Assembly (NCBI RefSeq): GCF_006345805.1
Contig: NC_043010.1
Coordinates: forward strand, 58,094,001 to 58,158,000
Direction of reading: 5' to 3'
Source of the DNA: Octopus sinensis
Lineage: Eukaryota
Length of the DNA: 64,000 nucleotides
Shown: in pieces, positions 24,036 through 37,260 of the stretch
Layout of the letters: each line of letters starts with the position of its first letter
Numbering within the stretch: the stretch's first letter is position 1
Notes under the pieces: model-generated
Seen by the model: only the letters and a program-made list of their open reading frames with translations
Database searches by the model: none
Told to the model about the DNA's origin: nothing
Translations under genes and position numbers: made by a program

Positions 24036-25260
24036 TTTGTGTGTGTGCTCACATGAATGTTCACATACATACCTGAAGGGGAACATAAGCATTCACATAT
24101 ATACACTCACAAACATGCACTTACAAATATGATAAAGTTGAAGCAGAGTGTGACTTTGAGGGCAAAATATAATAAAGCTGAACACTAATAATATCACACG
24201 AATATAATTAGGAAAATTATGTGGTTTAAACCACCTTTCAGTTTAAATGTTGTTTTGAATATAACAAAATAATATCTTGGTTTCATGTGTGTTTTCTTAA
24301 CACACAAATTTCCTCAAACACTTCAATAAAAATGCAGTAAAAGCTAGTTATAGTAATGGTGAAAATCTGACTAATTTAGTTTGTACATAATTTGTAACAG
24401 TAACATCATTAAATCTTGTTCTATCAATGGCAAGTACTTTGATAACGTATTGGTATGTTAAACCAAAGACACTTCACCTCATAGTATATATAGGAAACTA
24501 TACAATGATTACAATTGAATCTTTTAAACGCTAATATATACATCATATAATCTCTTCCTAGATCTCTGAATACCAAAACACTATGGCAGTGGCAAAATAT
24601 ATGAAGAACCTGAAAGTTAGAAAAACTGCTTAATCATTAAAAACTATCCTGTGCACCAACAGATATCAAATCTGCTCGGCTGAAAAATTTAGCATCTTAA
24701 CAAGGAACTACATGGCATAAATCAAAAGGTCTGAACTAAACTTTAAGTGCTAACATAAGCAGCAATCTCTTTTAAAAAACTTGCATTCGCAGATGAGATG
24801 AATATTTGGATCCTTGCACAACATTCACCAAAGGAAAAATCTTTTTTTAAGAATATCTAATGAATATTTTATAAAGCATTTTATAAATCTTGCCACCCTC
24901 AAAATTCTGTTTACATCGCCAAAACAATTTTTCTTATTATTTTTGTTTTTTCTTAATTTTTACATTTTATTCATTTTTATGATTATTTTATTTTTACCTT
25001 ACATACCTATGTGCACACGTACCTGTTCATATCAACATGTAAGTTTGTAAGCTATATATGTGTGTTTATCTATTTGAATATACATGTATCCATGTGCATA
25101 AGTAACTTTGTATACTGTCTATGTCTAATGTACAATGAGTTTGCACTGAACATTTTCATAGTCCCTATTTCATTATACAGTAAATGTTTTGAAATGTCTT
25201 TCAATGACACGTTAAATCTTATAATAATGTATTCAATTATAAACTTCATCGTTATCATTT

Positions 25261-25954
25261 ATTCTTTTATTTGTTTCAGTCATTTGACTGTGGCCATGCT
25301 GGAGCACCACCTTTTAGTTGAGCAAATTGACCCCAGGACTTATTCCTTGTAAGCCTATTACTTATTGTATTGGTCTCTATTTGCTGAACTGCTAAGTTGT
25401 AAAGCGATGATGTGGGGACAAACACAAACACACACACACATATATATATATATCACCGTGACCGACCAGACTATTAGATGTTGCTACACATCGCTGGTCA
25501 CAATGCGCTTTGCATTGTTGCAGCCTTCAAATGATGACATCCCGCTGGCTAAGTGAGCAGGCCAACAGAAGAAAGAGCGAGAGAAAGTTGTGGCAAAAGA
25601 GTACAGCAGGGCTCGCCACCATCCCCTGCCGGAGCCTCGTGGAGGTTTAGGTATTTTCGCTCAATAAACACTTACAATGCCCGGTCTGAGAATCGAAAGC
25701 GCGATCCTACGACTGCAAGTCCACTGCCTTAACCACTGGGCCATTGCGCCTCCACACACACATATATATATATATATACATATATACACGATGGGCTTCT
25801 TCCAGTTTCCATCTACCAAATGCACTCACAAGGCTTTGGTTGGCCCAAGGCTATAGTAGAAGACATTTGCCCAAGGTGTCACGCAGTGGGGCTGAACCCA
25901 GAACCATGTGGTTAGTAAGCAAGTTATTTACCACACAGCCTCTCCTGCACCTAT
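25261..25954 (-). mobile_element. CORE-type SINE family A interrupted by a nested SINE
   Basis: Tail half at 25261-25450 and head half at 25756-25954 are both homologous to 116-546. Confidence 0.85.
25451..25755 (-). mobile_element. Distinct tRNA-derived SINE nested in the microsatellite of SINE A
   Basis: Minus strand GTGGAGGCGCAATGGCCCAGTGGTTAAGG..TTCGATTCTC (A and B boxes); CpG-rich body; ends GGTCGGTCACGGTGATA. Confidence 0.75.
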
Positions 25955-26002
25955 TTAGTTTAGTATTTATAAAAAAAAATCTATCACTATTACACCAAAC
26001 GC

Positions 26003-26230
26003 AACAAAGCCTTGTGAGTGGATTTGGTTGAGAGAAACTGAAAGAAGCCCAGCATGTGTGTGTGTGTGTGTGTGTGTGTTTGTTGCCCACTACTGCATGA
26101 CTGGTGCTGGTGTGTTTACATTCATGTAACTTAGTGGTTCAGCAAAATAGATTAATAAAATAAAGGGTGAGTCACTCGACTAAAATTCTCCAAGGCAGTG
26201 CTCCAGCATGACCACAGTCTAATGCCTGAA
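26003..26230 (+). mobile_element. SINE family A, 5'-truncated
   Basis: CAAAGCCTTGTGAGTGGATTTGG..GAAACTGAAAGAAGCCC..GTGCTCCAGCATGACCACAGTC. Confidence 0.7.
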
Positions 26231-26707
26231 AAAAGCTAACGATAAAAGACGTATCACACATATTAACATAAATAAGCATATATTAACATATATTAACTTG
26301 TATCTATTAATACAGACAAGATTAGGTAAATTGATGGAGTCATTGGATACTTGTTGCAACACTCAATGCTTAAGTTCAAATTCCATTGAGTTCAACTTTG
26401 TTTTTCATTTTCCTCGGGGTCAATAAACATAGCAGCAATTCTGACAAGCTGATTGGCAGAATTGCGAGAAGATTGCGTGGCAATGCATTGCAGCAACAGT
26501 TACATCTCATTGCACCTTAAGTGCAAATCTCCCACCATATTGACGTCCCATCAATAGCAAGGTTATTTGTGAAGCTCTGCCAGGGAGTTCAATGCAAGAA
26601 AGAAACTGGCTTTGACACTCCACTGAACACACAAACACTAATACAGAGTGATTTCATAAAATCCCTATCTTCCTGGAAGGGGTGGAGGAAGGTTTTCATA
26701 GGTTAAT

Positions 26708-26855
26708 ATATATATATATGTTATGTATATATATATATATTATATATATATATATATATATGTTATGTATAATATATATATATATATATATGTTATGTAT
26801 AATATATATATATATAATATATGTTATGTATAATATATATATATATATGTTATAT

Positions 26856-26886
<31 letters not shown>

Positions 26887-26900
26887 GTTATGTATAATAT
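26708..26900. repeat. Compound minisatellite of (TA)n + TGTTATGTATAA units
   Basis: TGTTAT(GTATAA) recurs about six times between (TA)n runs. Confidence 0.8.
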
Positions 26901-27539
26901 ATTTACATCAATGTATAAGTTATTCATTTACTAATATGTTTTACGTGTATTATACATACGCATTTAATATATAAGTTACTCATGTATTGATATGTTATAT
27001 ATGTGTATGCATATATACACACGCACACATGTATATGTGTGCATTTAATATACAAGTCACTTATTTAATATACACTGTATAGAATAGGTTTTCATTTTTT
27101 TTAAACATTTTCATAACTTTTGAATTTTTTTTATTCCTTTCCTTTCCATTTTCTTCTAATTTCCATTCTGCATGGATGGATTCCTGGTTGTTTGTATGTG
27201 GGGGGGGGAGCAGGTTTATATGAGCAAGTGTGTGTGTGTGTGTGTGCATACTGGGATAGATAGGTAACAGTGAACGCTAGATATAGACAGACAGACTGGC
27301 AGGGAGATAGACAGACAGACAGACAGACAGATAAGCAGACAGACGGACAGGCAGAGAGACAGATAGGTAGAAAGATAACAGAGATAGAGAGATAGATAGA
27401 GATGGATAGATAGACAGACAGACAAACAGATTGATGGATAGATGGACGGATAGAGATATCTGCGTTTGTCTTGAGGGAAATGTTATTAGCATGTCAGTGT
27501 GTGTGCAGGGGGTGTATATGTTGATGTTAATATGAACAG

Positions 27540-27571
<32 letters not shown>

Positions 27572-28049
27572 TCATATGTGCAGGGAGGCACACAAACATA
27601 TATAGAATGTTACATGGAGAGACAGAAGTTTATAGAGTTACATGCACAAACATACACATGTATACACACAGCTATACATACAATCATACTTGTATGTATA
27701 AACACAATGTTTTGTGTGTTTGATCTGTTATGTATGTGTACGTAAGTGTACATATGTGTGCACATAATTGTGTATGTATGCATTCAAAAATGCATACATA
27801 CACAATTATCTGCACACATATGTACACTTACGGACACATACATAACAGATCAAACACACAAAACATTCAACACAAAGAATTATAATGCTGTTGCTGTTTA
27901 TATATATATATATATATACATAAATAAATGTATATGTATGTGTATATATATGTATATATGAATAATTATATGTATACATCTATTTATATTTACATATACT
28001 TTTATTCTTTTATGTTTCAGTCTTGAGGCTGCAGCCATCCTGGGGCATT

Positions 28050-29545
28050 GCCAAAGTAATCACCTTTTAATTGGCCAATTCTCTGGGATTGACGTTTGGT
28101 GAAGAAGGGAATCTGATACTGCTGTTCTCTTTTGAGTTTCCTGTCCCTGATATTGGCTCATCTGGGATCTTGTATAGCAGAGGTCAAGTTGTTTCTTGAA
28201 AACATCTACTCACACTTCATGGGGAACCCTCAGCTATTTCAGCAAGGAGTTAAATAGCTGTGGGCTCTTGAATCCCAAGCTATTGCAGTACATGGCCCTC
28301 ACCCTAGATGGGGCAGCTGGAACTTTTGGAACAGTGCAGTGACGTCCATTTCAAGGTCTGGTACTACTCTCAATTCCAAAAGTTTGGTGCCAGCCCCTCC
28401 AGCATATTCCACACATTTATCACTGCATATCTCCCTTGTCTTTGCTCCAGGGAGTAGAGTCGTAGATTGATGCAATCTTCCTTGTGTAGTAGCACTGAAC
28501 CACCTCAAGTTCTGCTATTAATCCTACAGTGTAAGATGACCACAGTTGAGAGCATTAATCCAGATGGCTGAGGACAATTGTCCTCCATAGGACCAGCATA
28601 GTTTCTTGGTACCTTGTTCTGAAGGTTCTCAGAATCCATCCAGCCATTCGCCTGCATACTGCAACCATCTTGGTGAAATGCATTTGAAACGAGGCATCCT
28701 TGCTCATATCAATCGCTAGACCATGTACCATATGTGATTCTAGGATTGCCGCTCCTTTTCGGCCAAAGTATCATTGTTGTGACTTCTGAGCACCACTTAG
28801 CTGATAGCAGAGGGCTTGGGATTTGCTTGCATTAAATTGCATGTTGTTGTCCTCAGCCCATATATAAATATGGTATCTGAGTCTTTCTGTAGAAGATTAG
28901 CATCAGAAGGTTCCTTGACTGTTTGTACTACTTTTGTGCCATCGGCATAGCTAGTAAGTGTGACTTTCTGTGTAACTAATGGCATGTCTGAAAGAGCCAC
29001 CATGAACAGTTGTGGCCCCAGTACAGTTTCCTGAGGCACTCCACGTCTCCATAGGGAGGGCTCTGTTGGCTGCTACAGCTTAGCTTCTGTCTTTTAAGAA
29101 GTCATGCAACCACTCTCCAATTTTCCCAATTATGCCGAGTCTCCATAGTTTGTGACATATCATCCCATGATCAACCTTATCAAAGGTCTTTGCAAAGTTG
29201 AGTTATATCACATCTACATTTGAGTGATTCATTAATTGTTTCAACACCCAGTCATAGTGTTGTAAGGTAGCTTCTGCCTGAGTGAAAGCCATGCTGGGTG
29301 TCAGGAAGCAAGTCATTATCTTCAGGGAATGCAATTAGTTTCTTCCTGACAATGCACACCATGACTTTGCTGACATAGGAAGTTAGAGAGAGACAGGTCT
29401 ATAATTCTTAGCATCTGCTCTGCTACCTCCCTTATGGATAAGGCATATTATGCCTTCCTTTAACTTTTTGGGAAGTCTCCCTGTTGTGAGGAAGCTCTGG
29501 AAGAGTTCACAGATCTTCTGGGGGTCTGCAGTCAGTGAGAACATT
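28050..29545 (-). pseudogene. CR1/jockey-group LINE RT fragment, 5'-truncated
   Basis: Minus strand: GIICLIHKGGSRADAKNYRPVSL, QHGFHSGRS, FAKTFDKVDHGMI, PQETVLGPQLF, TSYADGTK, AGWILRTF, PQLFNSL. Confidence 0.85.
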
Positions 29546-29883
29546 TTATTCAAGTAGTGGCCCTGTTTCTACCATACTGAAGGAGATTCTTTTGCGAATA
29601 TATATAGAAGGCTTTAGGGTTTGGTTTATCTTAATATTTTTTATTTTGCTGAGTTTGTATATAAATGATATATATATATATATATATATATAGATATACA
29701 TACACACACACACACATATATATATACATACATGTCCATATATACAAATATATACATATATATATATATAGTAAATCTCCCCAAAAACGAAGAACAAACA
29801 CAAGATATAAAACAACACGAAGATGTAGTACAAGCAAAGTATTAACAGACACCCAGGGAAAGAAAGAAAGAAGGTCGTTTTAT

Positions 29884-29907
29884 GTTTCGAGCAAAGCTCT
29901 TCATTAG
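29884..29907 (-). ncRNA. Degenerate minimal hammerhead-like core, copy 1
   Basis: Minus strand CTAATGA-A-GAGC-TTT-GCTC-GAAAC-AT; one base (G5>A) from the CTGATGA core, perfect stem II. Confidence 0.55.
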
Positions 29908-29991
29908 AAACAGGAGACAGAGGAAAGTCCAAGAGAAAAGGAAGACAGAGGAAAAAAAAAATCGCCAACGATCCACATGTCGTCACATACA

Positions 29992-30023
<32 letters not shown>

Positions 30024-30024
30024 C

Positions 30025-30057
<33 letters not shown>

Positions 30058-30097
30058 CATACATATATATATATAATACATATATATATATACATAC

Positions 30098-30128
<31 letters not shown>

Positions 30129-30375
30129 CATTATATATATATACATATATATATATATATACATATATATATACATATATATATATATACATAATATATA
30201 TATATACATATATATATACATACATGTCCATATATACAAATATATACATATATATATATATAGTAAATCTCCCCAAAAACGAAGAACAAACACAAGATAT
30301 AAAACAACACGAAGATGTAGTACAAGCAAAGTATTAACAGACACCCAGGGAAAGAAAGAAAGAAGGTCGTTTTAT

Positions 30376-30399
30376 GTTTCGAGCAAAGCTCTTCATTAG
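30376..30399 (-). ncRNA. Degenerate minimal hammerhead-like core, copy 2
   Basis: Identical to 29884-29907. Confidence 0.55.
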
Positions 30400-30612
30400 A
30401 AACAGGAGACAGAGGAAAGTCCAAGAGAAAAGGAAGACAGAGGAAAAAAAAAATCGCCAACGATCCACATGTCGTCACATACATATATATATATATACAT
30501 ATATATATATACATATATATATATATACATAATATATATATACATACATATATATATATATATACATTATATATATATACATATATATATATATTATATA
30601 TATATATATTAC

Positions 30613-30645
<33 letters not shown>

Positions 30646-30661
30646 CATATATATATACATA

Positions 30662-30763
<102 letters not shown>

Positions 30764-30815
30764 GTATATATATATATATACATTTATATATACATATATA
30801 TATACATATATATAC

Positions 30816-30846
<31 letters not shown>

Positions 30847-30943
30847 GTATATATATATGTGTGTGTAACGACATGTGGATCGTTGCCGATTTTTTTTTTC
30901 CTTTGTCTTCCTTTTCTCTTGGACTTTCCTCTGTCTCCTGTTT

Positions 30944-30967
30944 CTAATGAAGAGCTTTGCTCGAAAC
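30944..30967 (+). ncRNA. Degenerate minimal hammerhead-like core, inverted copy 3
   Basis: CTAATGAAGAGCTTTGCTCGAAAC on the plus strand. Confidence 0.55.
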
Positions 30968-31449
30968 ATAAAACGACCTTTCTTTCTTTCCCTGGGTGTC
31001 TGGGAATGATGTTGGTCATCGATGCATATTGAGTGAAGTCTAGTAATCAGATGGTCAAGGAAGTGGGGCCTCGTCTGAGTGAGGGACACAGTGTGTAATA
31101 ATGTCATTCTGTGAAAAGCCCTGAAATGGCATGCATTCTCTCCTGATAACCCTTAAGCCTGTCTGGAATGCAGAGCTTTCAACTGGTAGTATTTGTATCT
31201 GCAAGTGTTTGCGAATAATAATAATAATGAAAAATCCCTCCTCTCTCTCTATATATATAGATACATACACATATAGGTAGACATATATGTATATACATGT
31301 ATACATACATAAACACACATCATACACATAAAGGATCACACAGGCTACATATACTAAAGAGCCATGCACTCAATATAAGGAATGTAGAGTTTATATATAT
31401 TGACATTTCTAGAAAACTTGCTGATCCATTGTTAGCTGAAATCTCAAAA

Positions 31450-31680
31450 TGTCAGGTCAAACATCTATCACCAAACATCTATTTCCTAAACATGTGACTT
31501 ACTCCCCAGCTTCAAATAAATTGATGTATTTTGAGCAGAAAAATGTTCCATGGTGGTTTCAATGTACCAAGGAGAAGTAAAGAGAACTTCCTTCTTCTGC
31601 ACAAAATACATCAATTTCGCTGATGTCGAGCAGGTATTAAGATGTTACCCAGTATCTGATAATATATGTTTGACCTGACA
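31450..31680. repeat. Decayed foldback/MITE-like inverted repeat
   Basis: TGTCAGGTCAAACAT (31450-31464) pairs with ATGTTTGACCTGACA (31666-31680). Inner arms 31518-31540 and 31595-31617 match at 22/23. Confidence 0.65.
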
Positions 31681-34114
31681 GACAGGGTTTGTTTACACAC
31701 AGACACACACTGAATACACACGCACACACACATTGAATACATTTGAATATAATTAGCATATATATTAAAATCTCAAATGAAATATATCTAAGTTTTAATC
31801 TCAAAGTATTAATCGCAACACATTCAGTATTTTATAAACACATATATATACACACACACACATAACATATATACATATTCTACATACATGCAGATGTGGT
31901 AAAATTATAAAGTTATAAATACCTGTAGAGGTGGTAGCTTGCTTCTCTTTCATCTTCACACATAGACATACGCATAATGTATTTATATGTATATATACTT
32001 ATACAAATAAATGTATATATGTATGTGTGCATGCCTGGTAGTGAGGTTGATGGCTCTTTGTTGCATCATCAAAGATAGATAAGAGTTCATAATGATGATG
32101 ATGATGATGATAATGATGTCAACAATGACATGGAGGAGTAGGAGGGGGAGGGGTGAAGCCAGTATCAAATCATAAAATTCTGCTCAAACTCAAAATATGA
32201 GCAACATTTATATAATGTACGTGTATGCATTGCTCTTATATAAATTATATACACATGTATATACAGATACATACTTATATACAGATACATATATATATAT
32301 AATGTATGTATGTATGTATGTAGGCATGTATGTATATATATTAATCAAAGTATATTGTAGATTCATTCCATCTAATCATAGCAATCAGTTTCACACCAGA
32401 CACTAGATGGCAGGGTTGGTTTTCTAATACACATACTCTTCAGAGATGGCAGGTATAGAAAAAATTCTGTGACATCTATGTATGAAGTTCATACTGTGTA
32501 CAGAGGGTGAAGTTGGTGAAGAGTGTGTGAAATTCTGAGATAGGGAAGTATGTCTGTTGTCATAGCAATGAAGTAATCTCGGTTGTGTGTTGGGGGGGGG
32601 GATTTACTGTTTCACTGTCCTACTCCACCATGACCACCACCACTGTAATTTACATGTGAGGTAACTGCCATAATAAATACATCTGATCGTACTGACCATT
32701 ATTGTTGTTCCCATGTCAACTACGATACAGCATGTTTATTGGTCAAAGACAATCCACTTGTGACCATCCTGTCTTCTATTCAGTTAATCAAGTGTTGATG
32801 GGAACTCTCAATTCTTTTCTTACTTCCTAATTTTGCAACAACACTTCCTTACCATCACCATCAGTGACCCCTCCTCTTCCTCCCCTCCTCCTCAACATCA
32901 TCATCATCATCATGGTTGTTCTGTTTTTGTTATTGTTTTGTTATTTATAACATTGGGTCTTTCTTTAGTGATATGAAGAGTCCAAGTTGTGGTGGCCATA
33001 TGTTTTAACACATTTTATTTGGTTCTTATAATCATTGTTGCTGCCATTGTTGTACCATCCTTTGCAATATTTTTCTTTCTCCTTTTTTTTTTTATATCTT
33101 TCTGTCTCTCATTGTTGTTAGTATATTCCATCCATGGCCATCTCTTGTCGTTAAACTGTAATTAATTCCACTGCGGTTGGCTTTACATTCTGTCCTTATT
33201 GTGGTTAACAAAATATGTACCAGATATATTTTGGGGTCAACATAGACTTCCACTACATCTAAAGGTGTGGCATTGTGCCTATATTAGAAAAAAAAACTTA
33301 TTATTTTTATTATTATTGTCATTTGTTTTTGTTGCTGTTTCACCCCAGGTCAAGTCTGATTAAGTAGTCCAGTAATCACAGGCATTCTAGCCATGACCAA
33401 CTCATTTATTCAGATATAGTATATCTAGAACAACATTACATAAAATTGTTGTTGTTGTTGTTTAATTTTTGGTCAAATTTCCCATAGCAGACTTATGATC
33501 AAAGACATTCCATCTCTGTTTCATTTTTTTCCAGATGTTGCATATTTAATGTGTAAGATATTAGAATGTGAGTCAAGAGATTTGGCTGCCATTTCTAGCT
33601 GTTGGCTGTTAGTGAGAAACATAACCAAAGTTCATGACATCTTCTAACCACTACAGGTGGTGTGTTGTGAACTTCATGCCAGGCTGAAATCATTTTTTTT
33701 GTTTTATGTTACTAATGTTTTTCACTTCTGGAGGCACAGGTTCATATCCAGTTGCAGGTATTGCATAGTGCCCCTGGGTATTATTATTATTATTGAAAAT
33801 TAAAAAGAATTGTTGCTATTGTTAATCTTTCTATTTAGTCCCAGGTCAGCTCCAACATCAGAAACTGACCCATGGTGAAAAGCATTCCAAGCATGACCAT
33901 CCCATATTCTATTTATTTATATCTCTTGTTTTGGTGAGGGAGGATCTAGGACTACATCATCTAATGTGTCCTTCTTTTTCTAGAATGTGTGAAGTTTCAT
34001 TTGAGGAAGACCTGGCTGTTATTTCTATTGGCACAAACAACCACCTAGAGCTGTCCTCATTGGCTTGGTGTTCATGGTGTTGATAATGATATTGATGTAA
34101 TTACCCCAAAGTTC

Positions 34115-34164
<50 letters not shown>

Positions 34165-35365
34165 GCTTAGCAGCAGCATTTTAGCTGAGAGAAAAAAAAC
34201 ATTTAATAATAATGTTGCTCTGACCAACATCCTCATCACCACCACCATCATTATCACTATCATCATCATTGTCTACATGTTTGATGCATGAGTGAACTTG
34301 AGGTTGTGAGTTGCTCTATCCTGGATGTAAGCATCTCACTTCAACAGTGCATGGCAAAGGTGGTGGTGGGGTGTGGGGGTGGTATAGATAAAGCAGCCAG
34401 TGTCCCCTTCCCTACTCATTCACAGCTGTAAGGGAATGGGGTGGGAGAAGGACATACTCATCACCCAACATTATCATCATCATCATCATTATTATTATTA
34501 TTATTATTATATTATTATTATTATTATTATCATCATCATTACATAATTGTTTTGTCTCTTATAAGAATTCCATGTTATTAGTTGGTGCAAGGTGGGTATG
34601 GAAGGGCTGGAGGGACTGGGGGTGGGGATGGAAAAGGGGAAGAGGGGCTGGGGGAGGGTGGAATGTATTGTGCTCTTCTGTCCTATCAGTGTTCACAGTA
34701 GCAGCAGCAGCAGTTGTTTGTTTGCTGTTTGTTTATTTGTTGGTTGTTGGTTGTTGTTGTTGTTGTTGACTCTTCTTGTCCTCATCTGCAGTGGTTTGGT
34801 CACAAGTTGCTGGTCGTGTACTTTGAAGGAATCAAACTTATTTTTTGGGTGTTCGGGTGGGTAACTGGAAGAAGAGAGAAGCAAGACAAGTGTTAGTGTC
34901 ATTCGGATTTAGTAGCAATTACAACAACAACAATAACAACAAAAACAACCACAACAACAGCGACAACCATTCAAGAATTTAGACCTAGAGATCTCCATTT
35001 CCAGCGACTTCGAGGGCCACCTCCTCCCAGTGGTGTCGGGCATCAATGAAGAGCCCTCCACTACAACAAGACGACCAAAGTTTTTCTTTTTTTTCCCCCC
35101 AAGGTCTGGGGTCTCCCGCCCCTAAGCCCTCGACCATCACCCTTACCCGTCTTGTTGCTTAACAACCACCACCACAACAACAAGCACAACAGTAACAGCA
35201 ATTCACTATGTGTGTCATTCAATATTTATTCTCACACATGTGAGACCCTGGTGACAAGTGATTGTAAGGGGTCGGTCACCCACGTCTTGGTCAACCAACG
35301 CTCAATTACAAGCTGGAATTTTAACTCAAAGAGCAAAAATATTGGCTGAAAAACGGCTTTAGTTT

Positions 35366-35770
35366 TCATCTTTTACTTGTTTCAGTCATTGGCCTGTGGC
35401 CATGCTGGGGCACTGCCCTGAAGAATTTCAGTCAGACAAACCAACCCAAACACTTATTTTTCTTTGAAGCCTGGTATTTATCCTACCAGTTGCTTTTGTC
35501 AAACTGCTAAGTCATGGGGATGTAAACATACCAACACTGGTTGACAAGCAGTGGCAGGAGATAAACAAAAAGACACATGCGCATACACACACACACACAC
35601 ATACACACACAATGGGCTTCTTTTAGTTTCCATCTGCCAAATTTACTCACAGGGCTTTGGTTGGTTTGAGGCTATAGTAGAAGATACTTGCCCAAGGTGC
35701 CACGCAGTGGGACTGAATGCAGAGCCCATGTGGTTGGTAAGCAAACTACTCACCACACAGCCACACCTGT
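35366..35770 (-). mobile_element. CORE-type SINE family A
   Basis: Homologous to 116-546. Confidence 0.85.
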
Positions 35771-35962
35771 CTTGGTAGTATTTTCTTACTAAATGAAATA
35801 ATATCTTAGCTGAGCTGAAAGTCCAACAAGATCAACTTTGCCTTTCATCCTTTTGGGGTCATCAGCTTAAAGTAAAAGGGAAATAATGGGGTCAATTTAA
35901 CTGACTAACCCCTCTCATCATATATCTGTGGCTTTGTTCAAAGAAATTATTATTATTATTAT

Positions 35963-36450
35963 TGAGTAAGAGAGCAGTGCACTGGGATACAAATATATGA
36001 AGCCCAGTATACCCATCATGACTACCCATCTGATAAGGGTACACCAGGCACATGCATCACAACCAAATGTGCATGACATGGTGATCTCATATTAAGATAA
36101 ATAGTGCATGACCTTGCAGGTGGGACCTAGTTAGAATTTTCTTTGGCTTGGGTAGCCCATCCTGCTCAAAAGGTTCCTGGATAAGGGTTGTTTAAGGATG
36201 TTGAATGAAACACCCATGTTTCCAGAGGTGAGTTATTCAAACCCCAAAGAATCCCTCTCAACACATGGCTATGATGCTCCCCCACTACTTCTGCTCGTGA
36301 TCAGAGATGCACATATCGTCAGCCACTAAGGGACATGCTCAACTGGTTAAGGTCAAACAACTGACAAACAAATCTGTGGTATTGATCAGAATATTTGCTG
36401 TAGTCCATCTTTTATACCAAGACAAAACAATGTACATGATAACACTAGAC
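35963..36450 (-). mobile_element. Unclassified ~500-bp non-coding interspersed repeat with (AAT)n tail
   Basis: Reverse complement of 46947-47462; (ATT)n at 35946-35962. Confidence 0.75.
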
Positions 36451-36844
36451 TATCATCATCATCAACATCATCATCATTCTTATTGGGTCTCCTGAAAACT
36501 TGCAGGCTCAGCAGGCTTGCAACCTACAGTAGAATGCTTTCTGTCCTTTTCCACTGTCTGATACTTTTCTGATGATTCTGGCCTTGCCAAGGAGGCATTA
36601 AATCTGTCTTTATGTTCAGAGTTCAAATCCCTCTGAGGTTGACTCATCTTTAAAGCAACCAACCAGCAGAATCTTTAGCGGACAAAATGCTGTGCAACAT
36701 TTCATTTACTTTTACATTCCAACTTCAAATGCCACTCAAGTCAACTTTGCCTCTCACCTGTTTGAGATCAAGGAAATAATCACCAATGCACTGGGGTCGG
36801 TGTGATCAACTATAATCTGCTTGCCTCAGCGGAATTCATGCATA

Positions 36845-37260
36845 ATAGGCACAGGAGTGGCAGAGTGGTAAGTAGCTTGCTTACCAACCTTACAGTTCTG
36901 GGTTCAGTCCCACTGCATGGCACCTTGGGCAAGTGTCTTCCACTACAGCCTTGGGCCAACCAAAGCCTTATAAGTGAATTTGGTAGACGGAAACAAAGAA
37001 ACCCGTCGTGTAAATACATATACATATATATATATATAAGTATGTATGTATGTGTGTCGGTGTTTGTCCCCCAACCATCGCTTGACAACAGATGTTGGTG
37101 TGTTTACATCCCCGTAACTTAGTGGTTGGGCAAAAGAGACTGATAGAATAAGTACTAGGCTTACAAAGAGTAAGTCCTGGGGTCGATTTGCTCGACTCAA
37201 GACAGTGCTCCAGTGTGGCCACAGTCAAATGACTGAAACAAGTGAAACAATAAAAGAATA
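36845..37260 (+). mobile_element. CORE-type SINE family A, full length
   Basis: AATAGGCACAGGAGTGGCAGAGTGGTAAG head, GGTTCAGTCCC, GGCACCTTGGGCAAGTGTCTT, tail ACAGTCAAATGACTGAAACAAG. Confidence 0.85.

Noticed and set aside
31003-31200. Continuation of the CR1-like LINE beyond the 29.7-31.0-kb array
   Set aside because: Only vague similarity (LHSICIDD); needs a profile alignment.
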